A DNA stretch of 64,000 bases, from NCBI GenBank assembly GCA_949282305.1, contig CASDPB010000036.1:66425-130424 (forward strand), read 5' to 3'. The position numbers and the translations under genes were made by a program. Source of the DNA: an uncultured Lentisphaeria bacterium (GTDB lineage Bacteria > Verrucomicrobiota > Lentisphaeria > Victivallales > UBA1829). The notes beneath the pieces were generated by a model. It was not told where the DNA came from. It searched no databases and saw only the letters and a list, made by a program, of their open reading frames with translations. This document shows, in pieces, positions 37,892 to 45,620 of this stretch (position 1 is the first letter of the stretch; the number at the start of each line of letters is the position of its first letter).

Positions 37892-37966
37892 GTGAGTCAT
37901 TCTAAGGCCGGTCGGGCAACGGCGCAAGCCGCCCTCCGGAGAGTTTACGGAATGACTCACTTTTTT
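37892..37966 (+). ncRNA. candidate 75-nt structured small RNA (unknown class)
   Basis: GTGAGTCATTC (37892-37902) pairs perfectly with GAATGACTCAC (37950-37960), followed by TTTTTT. The interior can fold as CCGG/CCGG, GGG/CCC and CGGC-GCAA-GCCG (a GNRA-type tetraloop). It sits in a 420-nt gap with no credible ORF. Confidence 0.45.
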
Positions 37967-38100
37967 GTATAGATGATGCTTTGCATTGCCGGAAGAGATG
38001 TGCGCGGGATTTTCAGTTCTGCGGCAATCCGTCTGCGCTGAAATGCCGGTTGCCGCAGACGGAATTTTCCGATTACCCGTATGCCTTGCATCGTGGGAAT

Positions 38101-40098
38101 TCATTTTCCCGATCTCAGCAGATTTTCGGGCGCGATGGCAAAAACTGAATTCAGCGGTTCGATGAAGCGGAGCTGCACATCTTCAACCACGTCTTTCAGG
38201 GAGACGGACCAGATTTCCCGTTCCGTCGAGGTGCGCTTCAGCGTGAAAAACTGCGGACCGTCGAAATCCTTCTTCACAGCCTGCACTTTCCCGTCGGGTC
38301 CGGAAACCGCCGCCGTGACGGTTTCTCCCGGATAGCCGGTCACTTCCAGCTGAAACTCCTTTACTCCGGCGGGAACTTCAAAATACAGCCGCGTATTGCT
38401 GCGGGGTCTGAAGAAATTGACATATCCTTTTCCCGAGGTATCGCCCGTTACGGACCATGCCTGACTGGTCAGCATGCGGAAAGACATCATGTTGAATGCG
38501 ATATTCATCCGGAGCCGGCAGACGCCTGCGGTTTTCGGGGTGAACGTGAATTTGCGTCTGTCGCCGGGTTCGATTCTGCCGAGTTCAAATACCGCATTCT
38601 GCGGGCCGGTGACGGTGACGGGGACATCTCTTACACGCTGGCGCATATCGCGGTATGCGAGTTCAAATGAGACCGGTTTTCCGGCTTCCCCCCAGATCAG
38701 GATGTTGAATGTCTGACGGATCAGCGGAAGGGGCGACATCCGGTATTTTCCCGGTTGCGGCGGAGCCGTCAGCTGCGCAGGTTCGATTTTGCCGGTCCGG
38801 TATTCGCGGGGAACATCAAATCCCTGTTCCTTGATGAAGGCGGCCGCATCAATGACCTTTCCGTCTGCGGTGATCTGTCCTGTCACATTGCCCAGATAGG
38901 TGTTCGGCGTCCAGTTTTTGAATGCGATCAGCTCGCGTCCTGGAATGGTTTTGACCGTGACGTATTCAAAGTGGACATTGCCTGCCATGCCTGCCGTCGG
39001 ACGGTCGTAAGTGAAGCTGATCGGGGTGATGCCGCGGGCTGTTCCGGAATTCTCAAGATGACAGTTCTGGAACGTGATCCGGTAGAATTTAGCAAGGTGA
39101 TTGCCCACGACGATGCCGCTGTTGGTATTGTCGCGAAAACGGCAGTCGGTGACTTCCACGCTGCCCGGATTGGTGCGTCTGCGGTCCGTCGGCGGCGTGC
39201 AGGATATGCCGCGGCTGCCTCCGATGATTTCGCAGCGGCGGATTTTCAGGTCTACGGGGGTGTTGATTTCCGTTGCCACCAGAATGCCGCCTCCGGAGTT
39301 GTTTTCCACGCGGCAGTCCTCCACGATGCAGTCCTGGATGATTTCATCGGCTGCATTGGGCTCGAAGTCGATTCCGGCGGCTGGTGCCGTTCCCCTGGTG
39401 TTCTTCAGGACGCAGCGGCGGATGCGCAGGTTGCTTGCGCTGATGACGCTGATGCCCTGCCGGTGATGATCGTCGCAGATGACATTTTCAATCAGGATGT
39501 TTCTGCCGGGGCGGGAGAGTCCGCGCTGTGTCGGAGGGGCGTTCTTCAGTTCCTTGACGTTATACCAGTTCGCCCCCAGATAAATGCCGTCGCCGCCGCT
39601 GGATTTGATGGTCAGGTCGCGGATCACGACATTTTCACATCCCCAGAGTGCAATTGCATGACGCCATTCGGAGCGTTTATACTGTTTTTTGTCCTGATAA
39701 TCGGCTTTGTGCATCTCAATGACAGCCCCGTCCTCGCCGCGGATGACGATATTCTTTTTTCCGTAGGCGGACATCAGACTGTCGCGAATGCCCTTGAACC
39801 CTCCGCGCCTGGCGATGATGCGGACATTCTTTTCCAAAACGATTTCCTGATCGCCGGGCAGGATGACCGGATCAATGATCCAGTCGCTGCCGGTCTGGTC
39901 GATAATCAGCTTTTTGACGCCGGAATTCAGCGCCGCCTGCAGGTGTTCAGTTGCATTGGTCTTGTCGAAGCCCCACCAGCTGGCTTTGGCTTCCGTGCGC
40001 CGCCCCGCCTTGATTTCCGCCAGTTCCCTGGAGTAATCGGCTCCGGCTGCGCTGAGGGTGACGGCGGCGAGTGCGGCTGATAACCATTGTTTCAGCAT
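38101..40098 (-). CDS. secreted right-handed beta-helix (pectate-lyase-fold) protein
   Basis: ATG 40098 is preceded by AAAGGAAAT and gives the signal peptide MLKQWLSAALAAVTLSAAGA. Repeated beta-helix turns follow (..IRDLTIKSSGGDGIYLG.., ..ENVICDDHHRQGISVISA.., ..VEDCRVENNSGGGILVA..). The track start at 40125 is 27 nt further upstream. Confidence 0.8.
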   Translation of the reverse strand: MLKQWLSAALAAVTLSAAGADYSRELAEIKAGRRTEAKASWWGFDKTNATEHLQAALNSGVKKLIIDQTGSDWIIDPVILPGDQEIVLEKNVRIIARRGGFKGIRDSLMSAYGKKNIVIRGEDGAVIEMHKADYQDKKQYKRSEWRHAIALWGCENVVIRDLTIKSSGGDGIYLGANWYNVKELKNAPPTQRGLSRPGRNILIENVICDDHHRQGISVISASNLRIRRCVLKNTRGTAPAAGIDFEPNAADEIIQDCIVEDCRVENNSGGGILVATEINTPVDLKIRRCEIIGGSRGISCTPPTDRRRTNPGSVEVTDCRFRDNTNSGIVVGNHLAKFYRITFQNCHLENSGTARGITPISFTYDRPTAGMAGNVHFEYVTVKTIPGRELIAFKNWTPNTYLGNVTGQITADGKVIDAAAFIKEQGFDVPREYRTGKIEPAQLTAPPQPGKYRMSPLPLIRQTFNILIWGEAGKPVSFELAYRDMRQRVRDVPVTVTGPQNAVFELGRIEPGDRRKFTFTPKTAGVCRLRMNIAFNMMSFRMLTSQAWSVTGDTSGKGYVNFFRPRSNTRLYFEVPAGVKEFQLEVTGYPGETVTAAVSGPDGKVQAVKKDFDGPQFFTLKRTSTEREIWSVSLKDVVEDVQLRFIEPLNSVFAIAPENLLRSGK

Positions 40099-40129
40099 GT
40101 TCGGATTTCCTTTCTGCAATATCATATTT

Positions 40130-40852
40130 TCAATACATTATACCGTTGACTTCTATGCCCCGTCGTCCGCCGGTCCAGTTGATTGTGTTGTTGGTTCCCA
40201 GCGTCGCATAAGGATTCAGGCGGCTTTGCACCCGGACGCCGACGGCGTGTCCGTCAAGATAAAGAACATTGACTGTGCCGTCATGACGCACTGCGTCGAT
40301 CGTGCCGTTTCCGGAAGAACTGCCGGGATATTCGATGACCCGGTAGTTGCCGGTGTCGTAACGCCCGTTGTTCTTGGCGGCGTCCATGACCAGATAGCCC
40401 TCCGACGGGCGCTTGAACTCCTGAAGTTTGGCGGATCTGGTGCTGTCCACATTTGCGGAGGGAATTCCTCTGCCGGCATAACTGCCGACGTAACGGAAAT
40501 TGTAACCGTAACCGGAATAACTGTATCCGCCGTAGGTCTTATCCTGCGCTATGACCGCTTTCAATCCGGGATCGACGATTGATTTTACGGTGATACCGCC
40601 GTTTTCCAGCAGAAGATTGATCCATGTGATGTCTTTCGCATCCCGTTTCATGCCGTAAATCGGAAAATAGCCGTCATAATTGTCATTGTAAAGCATGAAA
40701 CTCACCCCCTGCTGGCGCAGATTGCCGATGCAGTTGATGCTGTAGGCTTTTTTCCGTGCCACACTTAACGCGGGCAGCAGCATTGAGGCTAAAATCGCGA
40801 TGATCGCTATCACGATGAGGAGCTCGATCAACGTGAACGTCTCTGTTTTCAC
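40130..40852 (-). CDS. type IV prepilin-like protein (DUF1559 / H-X9-DG family)
   Basis: The track ORF runs to 41098, but no ATG lies near the pilin segment. GTG 40852 gives (M)[48 protein letters not shown], parallel to MKTGVFTLIELL of 48211. The tail is HDGTVNVLYLDGH (H-X9-DG). Confidence 0.8.
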   Translation of the reverse strand: MKTETFTLIELLIVIAIIAILASMLLPALSVARKKAYSINCIGNLRQQGVSFMLYNDNYDGYFPIYGMKRDAKDITWINLLLENGGITVKSIVDPGLKAVIAQDKTYGGYSYSGYGYNFRYVGSYAGRGIPSANVDSTRSAKLQEFKRPSEGYLVMDAAKNNGRYDTGNYRVIEYPGSSSGNGTIDAVRHDGTVNVLYLDGHAVGVRVQSRLNPYATLGTNNTINWTGGRRGIEVNGIMY

Positions 40853-41113
40853 CCGGCAGGGCCGGAATTCCGAACGAGGGACGAGGAAAGAGGAAAGAAC
40901 GGGGATACGGGCGGACAAGCCGGATGAAGGGGAAAGAACGGGCAGGGACTGCTTCTTTCCTGTTCCGTGCCGCGGAACAGGTTCAGACTTTGCAGGGGCA
41001 ATGCAGTCCGTTTGCGTCTTGCCCTGCAGCCGGAATGAAATATCCCGTCTGCGACTTTTCCTCATGGACAACTCCATCAACCTGGAACTCCTTCTCATAA
41101 CGGCCTCCGCTTG

Positions 41114-42256
41114 TTATAATAGTTTGAAAACATCCTGTTGCGTCAATAATACCTCCTCCGAGGCCAGTTCCGGCGGAGGCGGTTCGATATAGGGGCTGGA
41201 GTGCTCCAGCGTCAGCGGGAATCCTTCCCAGTAGATGATCTTTTCCTGATGTTCGGGACAGCCGCAGCTCCGGCTGATGCGGTAAAGCGGCTGAATCAGT
41301 TCCGGTCCGCTGGGAGAGTGCGGCCTGTCCGGCTGCTCCATCTTTTCCAGCAGCCGGCTGACCGCGCGGCGTGCGACATGGTCAAGCGGCTGTACGATGG
41401 TGGTAAGCGGGACCACTCCCTGATTGGCGGCTTCAAGACCGTCCACTCCGAACAAGGCGATGTCCCCGGGAACGCTCAGCCCCTGCCGTCTGAGCCAGTG
41501 CATGAAACGGTTGGCAAGCAGATCTCCGGCGACGGCAAAAGCCGTCACATGTTTTTTCCCGATCAGATTCAACAGCTGATCTGCGAAACCGGTATTCCAG
41601 GAGAGCTCCACCAGGTATTCCCGATTCCACGGAATGCCCGCTTCCGCCAGAGCGTCCCTGAGCCCGTCCAGTTTCATGGCATTGTATTTCAGGCTGGAAC
41701 AGAGAAATGCGATTCTGCGGTGTCCGTGCGCCAGCAGATGGCGCGTCATGGTGTAAAAACCTGTTTTCAGGTCAACGCCGATATCATAGGATGCGAGAGT
41801 TTCCGAAATCATGACAACCGGCATCGGATAATCCTGCTGTTTCAGGTTGGCAAGCGAATAACTGGCGAGAACTCCCGCGAATCCGCGCGAAGCCAGTTCA
41901 TTGAGCGTTTCCAGTTCCTGCTGGGGATCGGTAACGGGCACAAAGAAACTTTTGTAGCCGGCCAGCCGTAGCTGGATGGCGAGACGGCGAATCATTTCAT
42001 CATGAATGCCGAGCACATAGCAACTGTGGACGATGCCGACTGCCTTGTCCTTTTTGCCTGTCAGCTGGATGGCTGCGAGATTGGGGCGGTATTTCAGATT
42101 GCGGGCAATGTCAAGGATGCGTTCCCGTTTTTCCTGGGAAACCTTGATGCTGGAATTCTCCCGGTTGTTCAGCACCGCCGACACCGCAGGCCGGGACACC
42201 CCTGCCAGTTTGGCTATCTGTTGCATCGTAACCGGTTTCCGAACATCAAGAGGCAT
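41114..42256 (-). CDS. LacI-family transcriptional regulator
   Basis: ATG 42256 gives MPLDVRKPVTMQQIAKLAGVSRPAVSAVLNNRENSSIKVSQEKRERILDIARNLKYRPN, a LacI HTH followed by a PBP-like effector domain. The upstream 186 codons of the track ORF look non-coding. Confidence 0.9.
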   Translation of the reverse strand: MPLDVRKPVTMQQIAKLAGVSRPAVSAVLNNRENSSIKVSQEKRERILDIARNLKYRPNLAAIQLTGKKDKAVGIVHSCYVLGIHDEMIRRLAIQLRLAGYKSFFVPVTDPQQELETLNELASRGFAGVLASYSLANLKQQDYPMPVVMISETLASYDIGVDLKTGFYTMTRHLLAHGHRRIAFLCSSLKYNAMKLDGLRDALAEAGIPWNREYLVELSWNTGFADQLLNLIGKKHVTAFAVAGDLLANRFMHWLRRQGLSVPGDIALFGVDGLEAANQGVVPLTTIVQPLDHVARRAVSRLLEKMEQPDRPHSPSGPELIQPLYRISRSCGCPEHQEKIIYWEGFPLTLEHSSPYIEPPPPELASEEVLLTQQDVFKLL

Positions 42257-42282
42257 TCTGAATTGTCCCTGTTTTCTGATTT

Positions 42283-42373
42283 TAATTACTCGCGTTATTT
42301 CTATTATATGCAAAACTCCTGAAAATGCAATACCTGAAAATAAAAAAAACGGAAAAATAATTACTCGCGTTAT
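42283..42373. promoter_or_regulatory. two exact copies of a 16-nt motif (TAATTACTCGCGTTAT) 75 bp apart in the LacI/alpha-galactosidase divergent region
   Basis: Copies lie at 42283-42298 and 42358-42373; the first is 27 nt upstream of the LacI ATG. They are direct repeats, not palindromes. Confidence 0.35.
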
Positions 42374-42745
42374 CTTGGAGAGGGGGAACTTTCCGGAAAT
42401 CTTTCTCCGGCCGTTTGTGAGGGGAGGGGCTCTGCGGATATTCCGGTCTGTGCAGGATGCGGAACGCGAGTTCCTGTCTGCCGCAGAAAACGGGGAAAGC
42501 ATCCGCCGCCGGCGTGCCTTCCGATGAGCCTTCGACATCCGGAGAACTGATTCCGGCACCGCGCATTCCTGATCGGGGAAACGTCCCCGGCAGGTGGAGA
42601 AATCACCTGAAAAAGCACAGAAATACTGTATTTCGGCACATATTTTACATAATTGTGCATTCCCCGCTCTTTCAATCCAGCTGAAAAGTCTTATATTGAC
42701 TCTGCAAAGGAGTTTTCTGAAACAGAGAAAAAAGGATGGAGTCAA

Positions 42746-44665
42746 ATGAAAAAATTTGAATTGCGGGGAAAGGCGGCGTCGTTCACATTTCACGAGGGAA
42801 CGGGAGAATATCATATTGCGTCATCTTCTTTTTCGCTGGCGGGCTGCAGACCGGTCCTGCGCCTGAACGGAAAAGCGGTTTCCTTCGGGCGCTGGAAAGT
42901 GACGAAGCATACGGGGAGTACCATTGCGGCTTCCGCGAAAGGCAAAGCCGGAGACTGGACTTTGGAATGCAGGCTTGCTCCCGGCGATGCGCTGACTCTC
43001 AGACTGAAAGGCGGGCTGAAAAAGGCTTGCGACGATGTGGAGCTTCTCTATTTTGACGGGCTGAACATGAAAGCGGATCATCTCCTTTCGCAGGGAATCA
43101 GGATGGGCGGGTGTGCCGCGATTCCCCTGGTCAAAGGCACGAAGAAGGATTTCTACGGCGCGATGCAGCTTCTCGTGACGGGAAAAGGCGAACAGCTCCG
43201 TCTCTCCTATCCGCTCCGCTGCGAGTTCATGCCGTTTTTCTCCGGCAGGGCGATGCCCGGCAGGATCTGCGAGTTCAAGACGGGAGCCGTCATCAGGCAT
43301 TGCTCTCTGAAAAAGTTTGCGCTGGAGCCGTTGACTTTGCGCACCGGCGACGGTTTTGCCCTGATGAAGGAATATGCCGCTGAAAACGTGACGGAGAAAA
43401 AGGACTTTTCCGACCTGGCTGCTCCCGGATGGAATTCATGGGACTACTACCGCTGGACTGTCACGGAGGATGAAGTGCTGGAAAATGCCGAATTCATCGC
43501 GGCGGATCCCGTTCTTTCAAAACATGTGAAGAAGATCATCGTTGACGACGGCTGGCAGTATGCCTACGGGGAGTGGGAGGCGAACAGTCTTTTCCCGCAC
43601 GGCATGAAATATCTGGCGGACAGAATCACGAAACTGGGGTTTGAACCCGGGCTCTGGGTGGCGCCGGTGATTGTCGAGCCTCATGCGCGCATTGCACAGC
43701 TGGACCCGGATATGCTGGCGAAGGCGGAGAACGGGCTCCCGACCCTCTGCTGGTCCTGTATGCAGAGGCATGGGTTCATTCTCGATCCGACAGTGGAGCG
43801 GTCGCAGAAGTTTATCAGGGACACGTTCGAGCGCCTTGTGTCTTACGGCTACCGTCATTTCAAACTGGATTTCCTCGGCGGCGTCCTGAACGCCAGACAG
43901 TTCACCGACAAAACCGTGACGCGCGGCAGACTGATGGATCTGACGATCGGCACGGCGCGCAGGGCGGTTGCCGGACGCGCCCGCCTGCTCGGATGCAACT
44001 ATCTGTTCTGCGGCGGCTCGGAACCCGTCGATTCGGTTCGCGTCGGTGGGGACATTCATGCAAAATGGAAATCAATTCAGGGGAATACGCCCTCCATTGC
44101 CGCGCGCTTCTGGTCGAATAAGACTCTTTGGCTGAACGATCCCGACTTTGCGCTCTGCCGCGGTTTTGACACGGCGGACGATCCGGATCTGAACCGTCTG
44201 CTGCCGTGCTTGGTGTATATTTCCCCGGAAAGCACGGAAAAGAATCATCCGGGGCTTTTCACGCTTGTCGATGTGTACCGTCCGCAGACGGAAATCCTGC
44301 TGAGCCTCGTCATTGCCGCCGGAGGCGCGGTCAATCTCTCCGACAAGATGACGCGCCTGAATGAATCCGGGCTTGATCTTGCGCGGCGCACCGTTTCCGC
44401 CGAATCCGGGGAGGCGGCAATTCCGCTGGATCTCTTTTCCACGGCTCTTCCGAAATACTGGGTTCAGAAAGTCGGGAATTACCATCGCGTCCTGCTGATT
44501 AACTGGGAGGACGAAGCGGCGGAGCTTTCGATGGATCTGGAAAAAGCCGGTGTCGCCGGGCGCAAGGCGGTCAACTTCTGGAATGACAAGCCGGTCAAAA
44601 TCAGGAACGGACGGATTACCGCGGAACTGGCGCCGCGTTCCTGTCTCTTCGCAGTGGTCCGGTGA
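42746..44665 (+). CDS. alpha-galactosidase-like glycoside hydrolase (clan GH-D, GH36/GH27-type)
   Basis: ATG 42746 (RBS AGGATGGAG) gives MKKFELRG... Carries the clan-D signatures GWNSWDYY, KKIIVDDGWQ, YRHFKLDFL and LWLNDPDF. Confidence 0.8.
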   Translation: MKKFELRGKAASFTFHEGTGEYHIASSSFSLAGCRPVLRLNGKAVSFGRWKVTKHTGSTIAASAKGKAGDWTLECRLAPGDALTLRLKGGLKKACDDVELLYFDGLNMKADHLLSQGIRMGGCAAIPLVKGTKKDFYGAMQLLVTGKGEQLRLSYPLRCEFMPFFSGRAMPGRICEFKTGAVIRHCSLKKFALEPLTLRTGDGFALMKEYAAENVTEKKDFSDLAAPGWNSWDYYRWTVTEDEVLENAEFIAADPVLSKHVKKIIVDDGWQYAYGEWEANSLFPHGMKYLADRITKLGFEPGLWVAPVIVEPHARIAQLDPDMLAKAENGLPTLCWSCMQRHGFILDPTVERSQKFIRDTFERLVSYGYRHFKLDFLGGVLNARQFTDKTVTRGRLMDLTIGTARRAVAGRARLLGCNYLFCGGSEPVDSVRVGGDIHAKWKSIQGNTPSIAARFWSNKTLWLNDPDFALCRGFDTADDPDLNRLLPCLVYISPESTEKNHPGLFTLVDVYRPQTEILLSLVIAAGGAVNLSDKMTRLNESGLDLARRTVSAESGEAAIPLDLFSTALPKYWVQKVGNYHRVLLINWEDEAAELSMDLEKAGVAGRKAVNFWNDKPVKIRNGRITAELAPRSCLFAVVR

Positions 44666-44734
44666 GGAGAGAAGTGCCACGCTGCGGCGGGCGGGGTCTC
44701 ATGGGGACCGCCGTTCGGAATCTTCTGCAAAATG

Positions 44735-44799
44735 AAAAACTCCGGTTTCCGGCTGAATCCTGTCGGACAGCGGGATCAGACTGGAGACCGGAGTTTTTT
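44735..44799. terminator. bidirectional terminator-like hairpin between convergent genes
   Basis: AAAAACTCCGGT...(40-nt loop)...ACCGGAGTTTTTT. The CTCCGGT/ACCGGAG stem has A- and T-runs on both sides. Confidence 0.5.
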
Positions 44800-44824
44800 A
44801 TGCACAGTGAATCACCGGCGGAAA

Positions 44825-45346
44825 TTACACTGTCTGAGCCGCCGCCGGAGGCGTTGCCGCGGGACGTGTCTGCAGTTCGGCGTCAATAAAGAGAAGCGCC
44901 TTTTCATCGGTTCCGGCTCTTTCAAGTTTGTCTATGATGGTTTGAACGGAACGTTCTTCCTGTACCTGTTCCGTGACGAAGAAGTTCAGGAATGCCATTG
45001 TGGCATAGCCGCCGGACTTGATGGAAAGTTCCACCAGCTTGTTGATTCTGGCAGTGACGAGTTTTTCGTGTTTGAGCGCTTCTTTGAAAGCGTCGAGCGG
45101 AGTTTTGACTTTCCCGAGTTCCGGTTTTTTGATTGTGTCGAGCACGATATCTTCGCCCTGGTCGTTGAGATAGTTGTAGAAAATACCTGCATGGATGATC
45201 TCCTCGTCCACCTGAATCCTCATCCAGTGCGCCGCTCCCGGCAGTTTCATTTTTTCAAGACAGGCTGCGAGGCCCAGGTAAATGTAACTGGAGTAGAGTT
45301 CAAACACCATCTGGTCGTTCAGAGCGCTTGCAAGTTCTTTTTTCAT
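44825..45346 (-). CDS. ftnA: bacterial non-haem ferritin
   Basis: ATG 45346 is preceded by AAAAGGAGG. MKKELASALNDQMVFELYSSYIYLGLAACLE...GAAHWMRIQVDEEIIHAGIFYNYL... is collinear with E. coli FtnA (..[21 protein letters not shown]...GAA.FLR.HAQEEMTHMQRLFDYL). The upstream 94 codons of the track ORF are spurious. Confidence 0.9.
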   Translation of the reverse strand: MKKELASALNDQMVFELYSSYIYLGLAACLEKMKLPGAAHWMRIQVDEEIIHAGIFYNYLNDQGEDIVLDTIKKPELGKVKTPLDAFKEALKHEKLVTARINKLVELSIKSGGYATMAFLNFFVTEQVQEERSVQTIIDKLERAGTDEKALLFIDAELQTRPAATPPAAAQTV

Positions 45347-45620
45347 GGCAACCTCCTTTTTCTGTTGTTTTCGGGTGGATGAACTTAATTTAGCATGGGA
45401 CACACTCTTTTGCAAGACTTCCGGTCGGAAAACAGAGTTTTCCGGAGCATTTCCGACGGAACTTGCCGGAAATCCGCAGGACAGAATCGGAACGTGCTGA
45501 CGGAAAAGCGTCTCCTTTCCGGTTTCATCCGCGAAAAAGTTTGCTGATTCCCCCGCTGCTGAACTTGAATTTTTGAAAAAATGGAGTTTTTTATGGTGAA
45601 CCGTAAAAATCCGTAAAGGA

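Noticed and set aside
37892-37966. Idea that the 75-nt hairpin RNA is a small SRP (4.5S-type) RNA.
   Set aside because: The apical loop GCAA could pass as GNAR. However, the conserved 3'-side AGCA, the symmetric/asymmetric loop pair of domain IV and the GGAA-type context are absent. It is kept only as an unclassified sRNA candidate.
25070-40080. Several 440-555-aa plus-strand ORFs (25070-26737, 29042-30634, 33183-34703, 38755-40080), plus 35669-36667 and 26734-27630.
   Set aside because: Each is the antisense shadow of a minus-strand gene with recognisable family motifs (isomerase, ceramidase-like, aminotransferase, beta-helix, kinase). None has an RBS or a recognisable domain.
42283-42373. 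Possibility that the repeated 16-mers mark a CRISPR array or similar.
   Set aside because: There are only two copies with a 59-nt unique spacer, no further repeats and no cas genes. I saw no CRISPR-like periodic repeats anywhere in the window.
41114-42814. Long N-terminal extensions of track ORFs (for example 41114-42814, 21570-22841, 44825-45628, 42653-44665, 54292-56964, 46712-48001, 47998-48987, 1928-2893, 40130-41098).
   Set aside because: The track starts ORFs at the first ATG/GTG/TTG. I confirmed GTG at 411 and 63804 and TTG at 18217 and 21537. The extensions are low-complexity, overlap upstream genes or promoters, and internal starts with an RBS give canonical N-termini.
45347-45620. 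Looked for a Fur box (GATAATGATAATCATTATC-like) in the ferritin/mutY divergent promoter.
   Set aside because: I found no convincing 19-mer match by eye. This is not reported as a feature, and a PWM scan would be needed.
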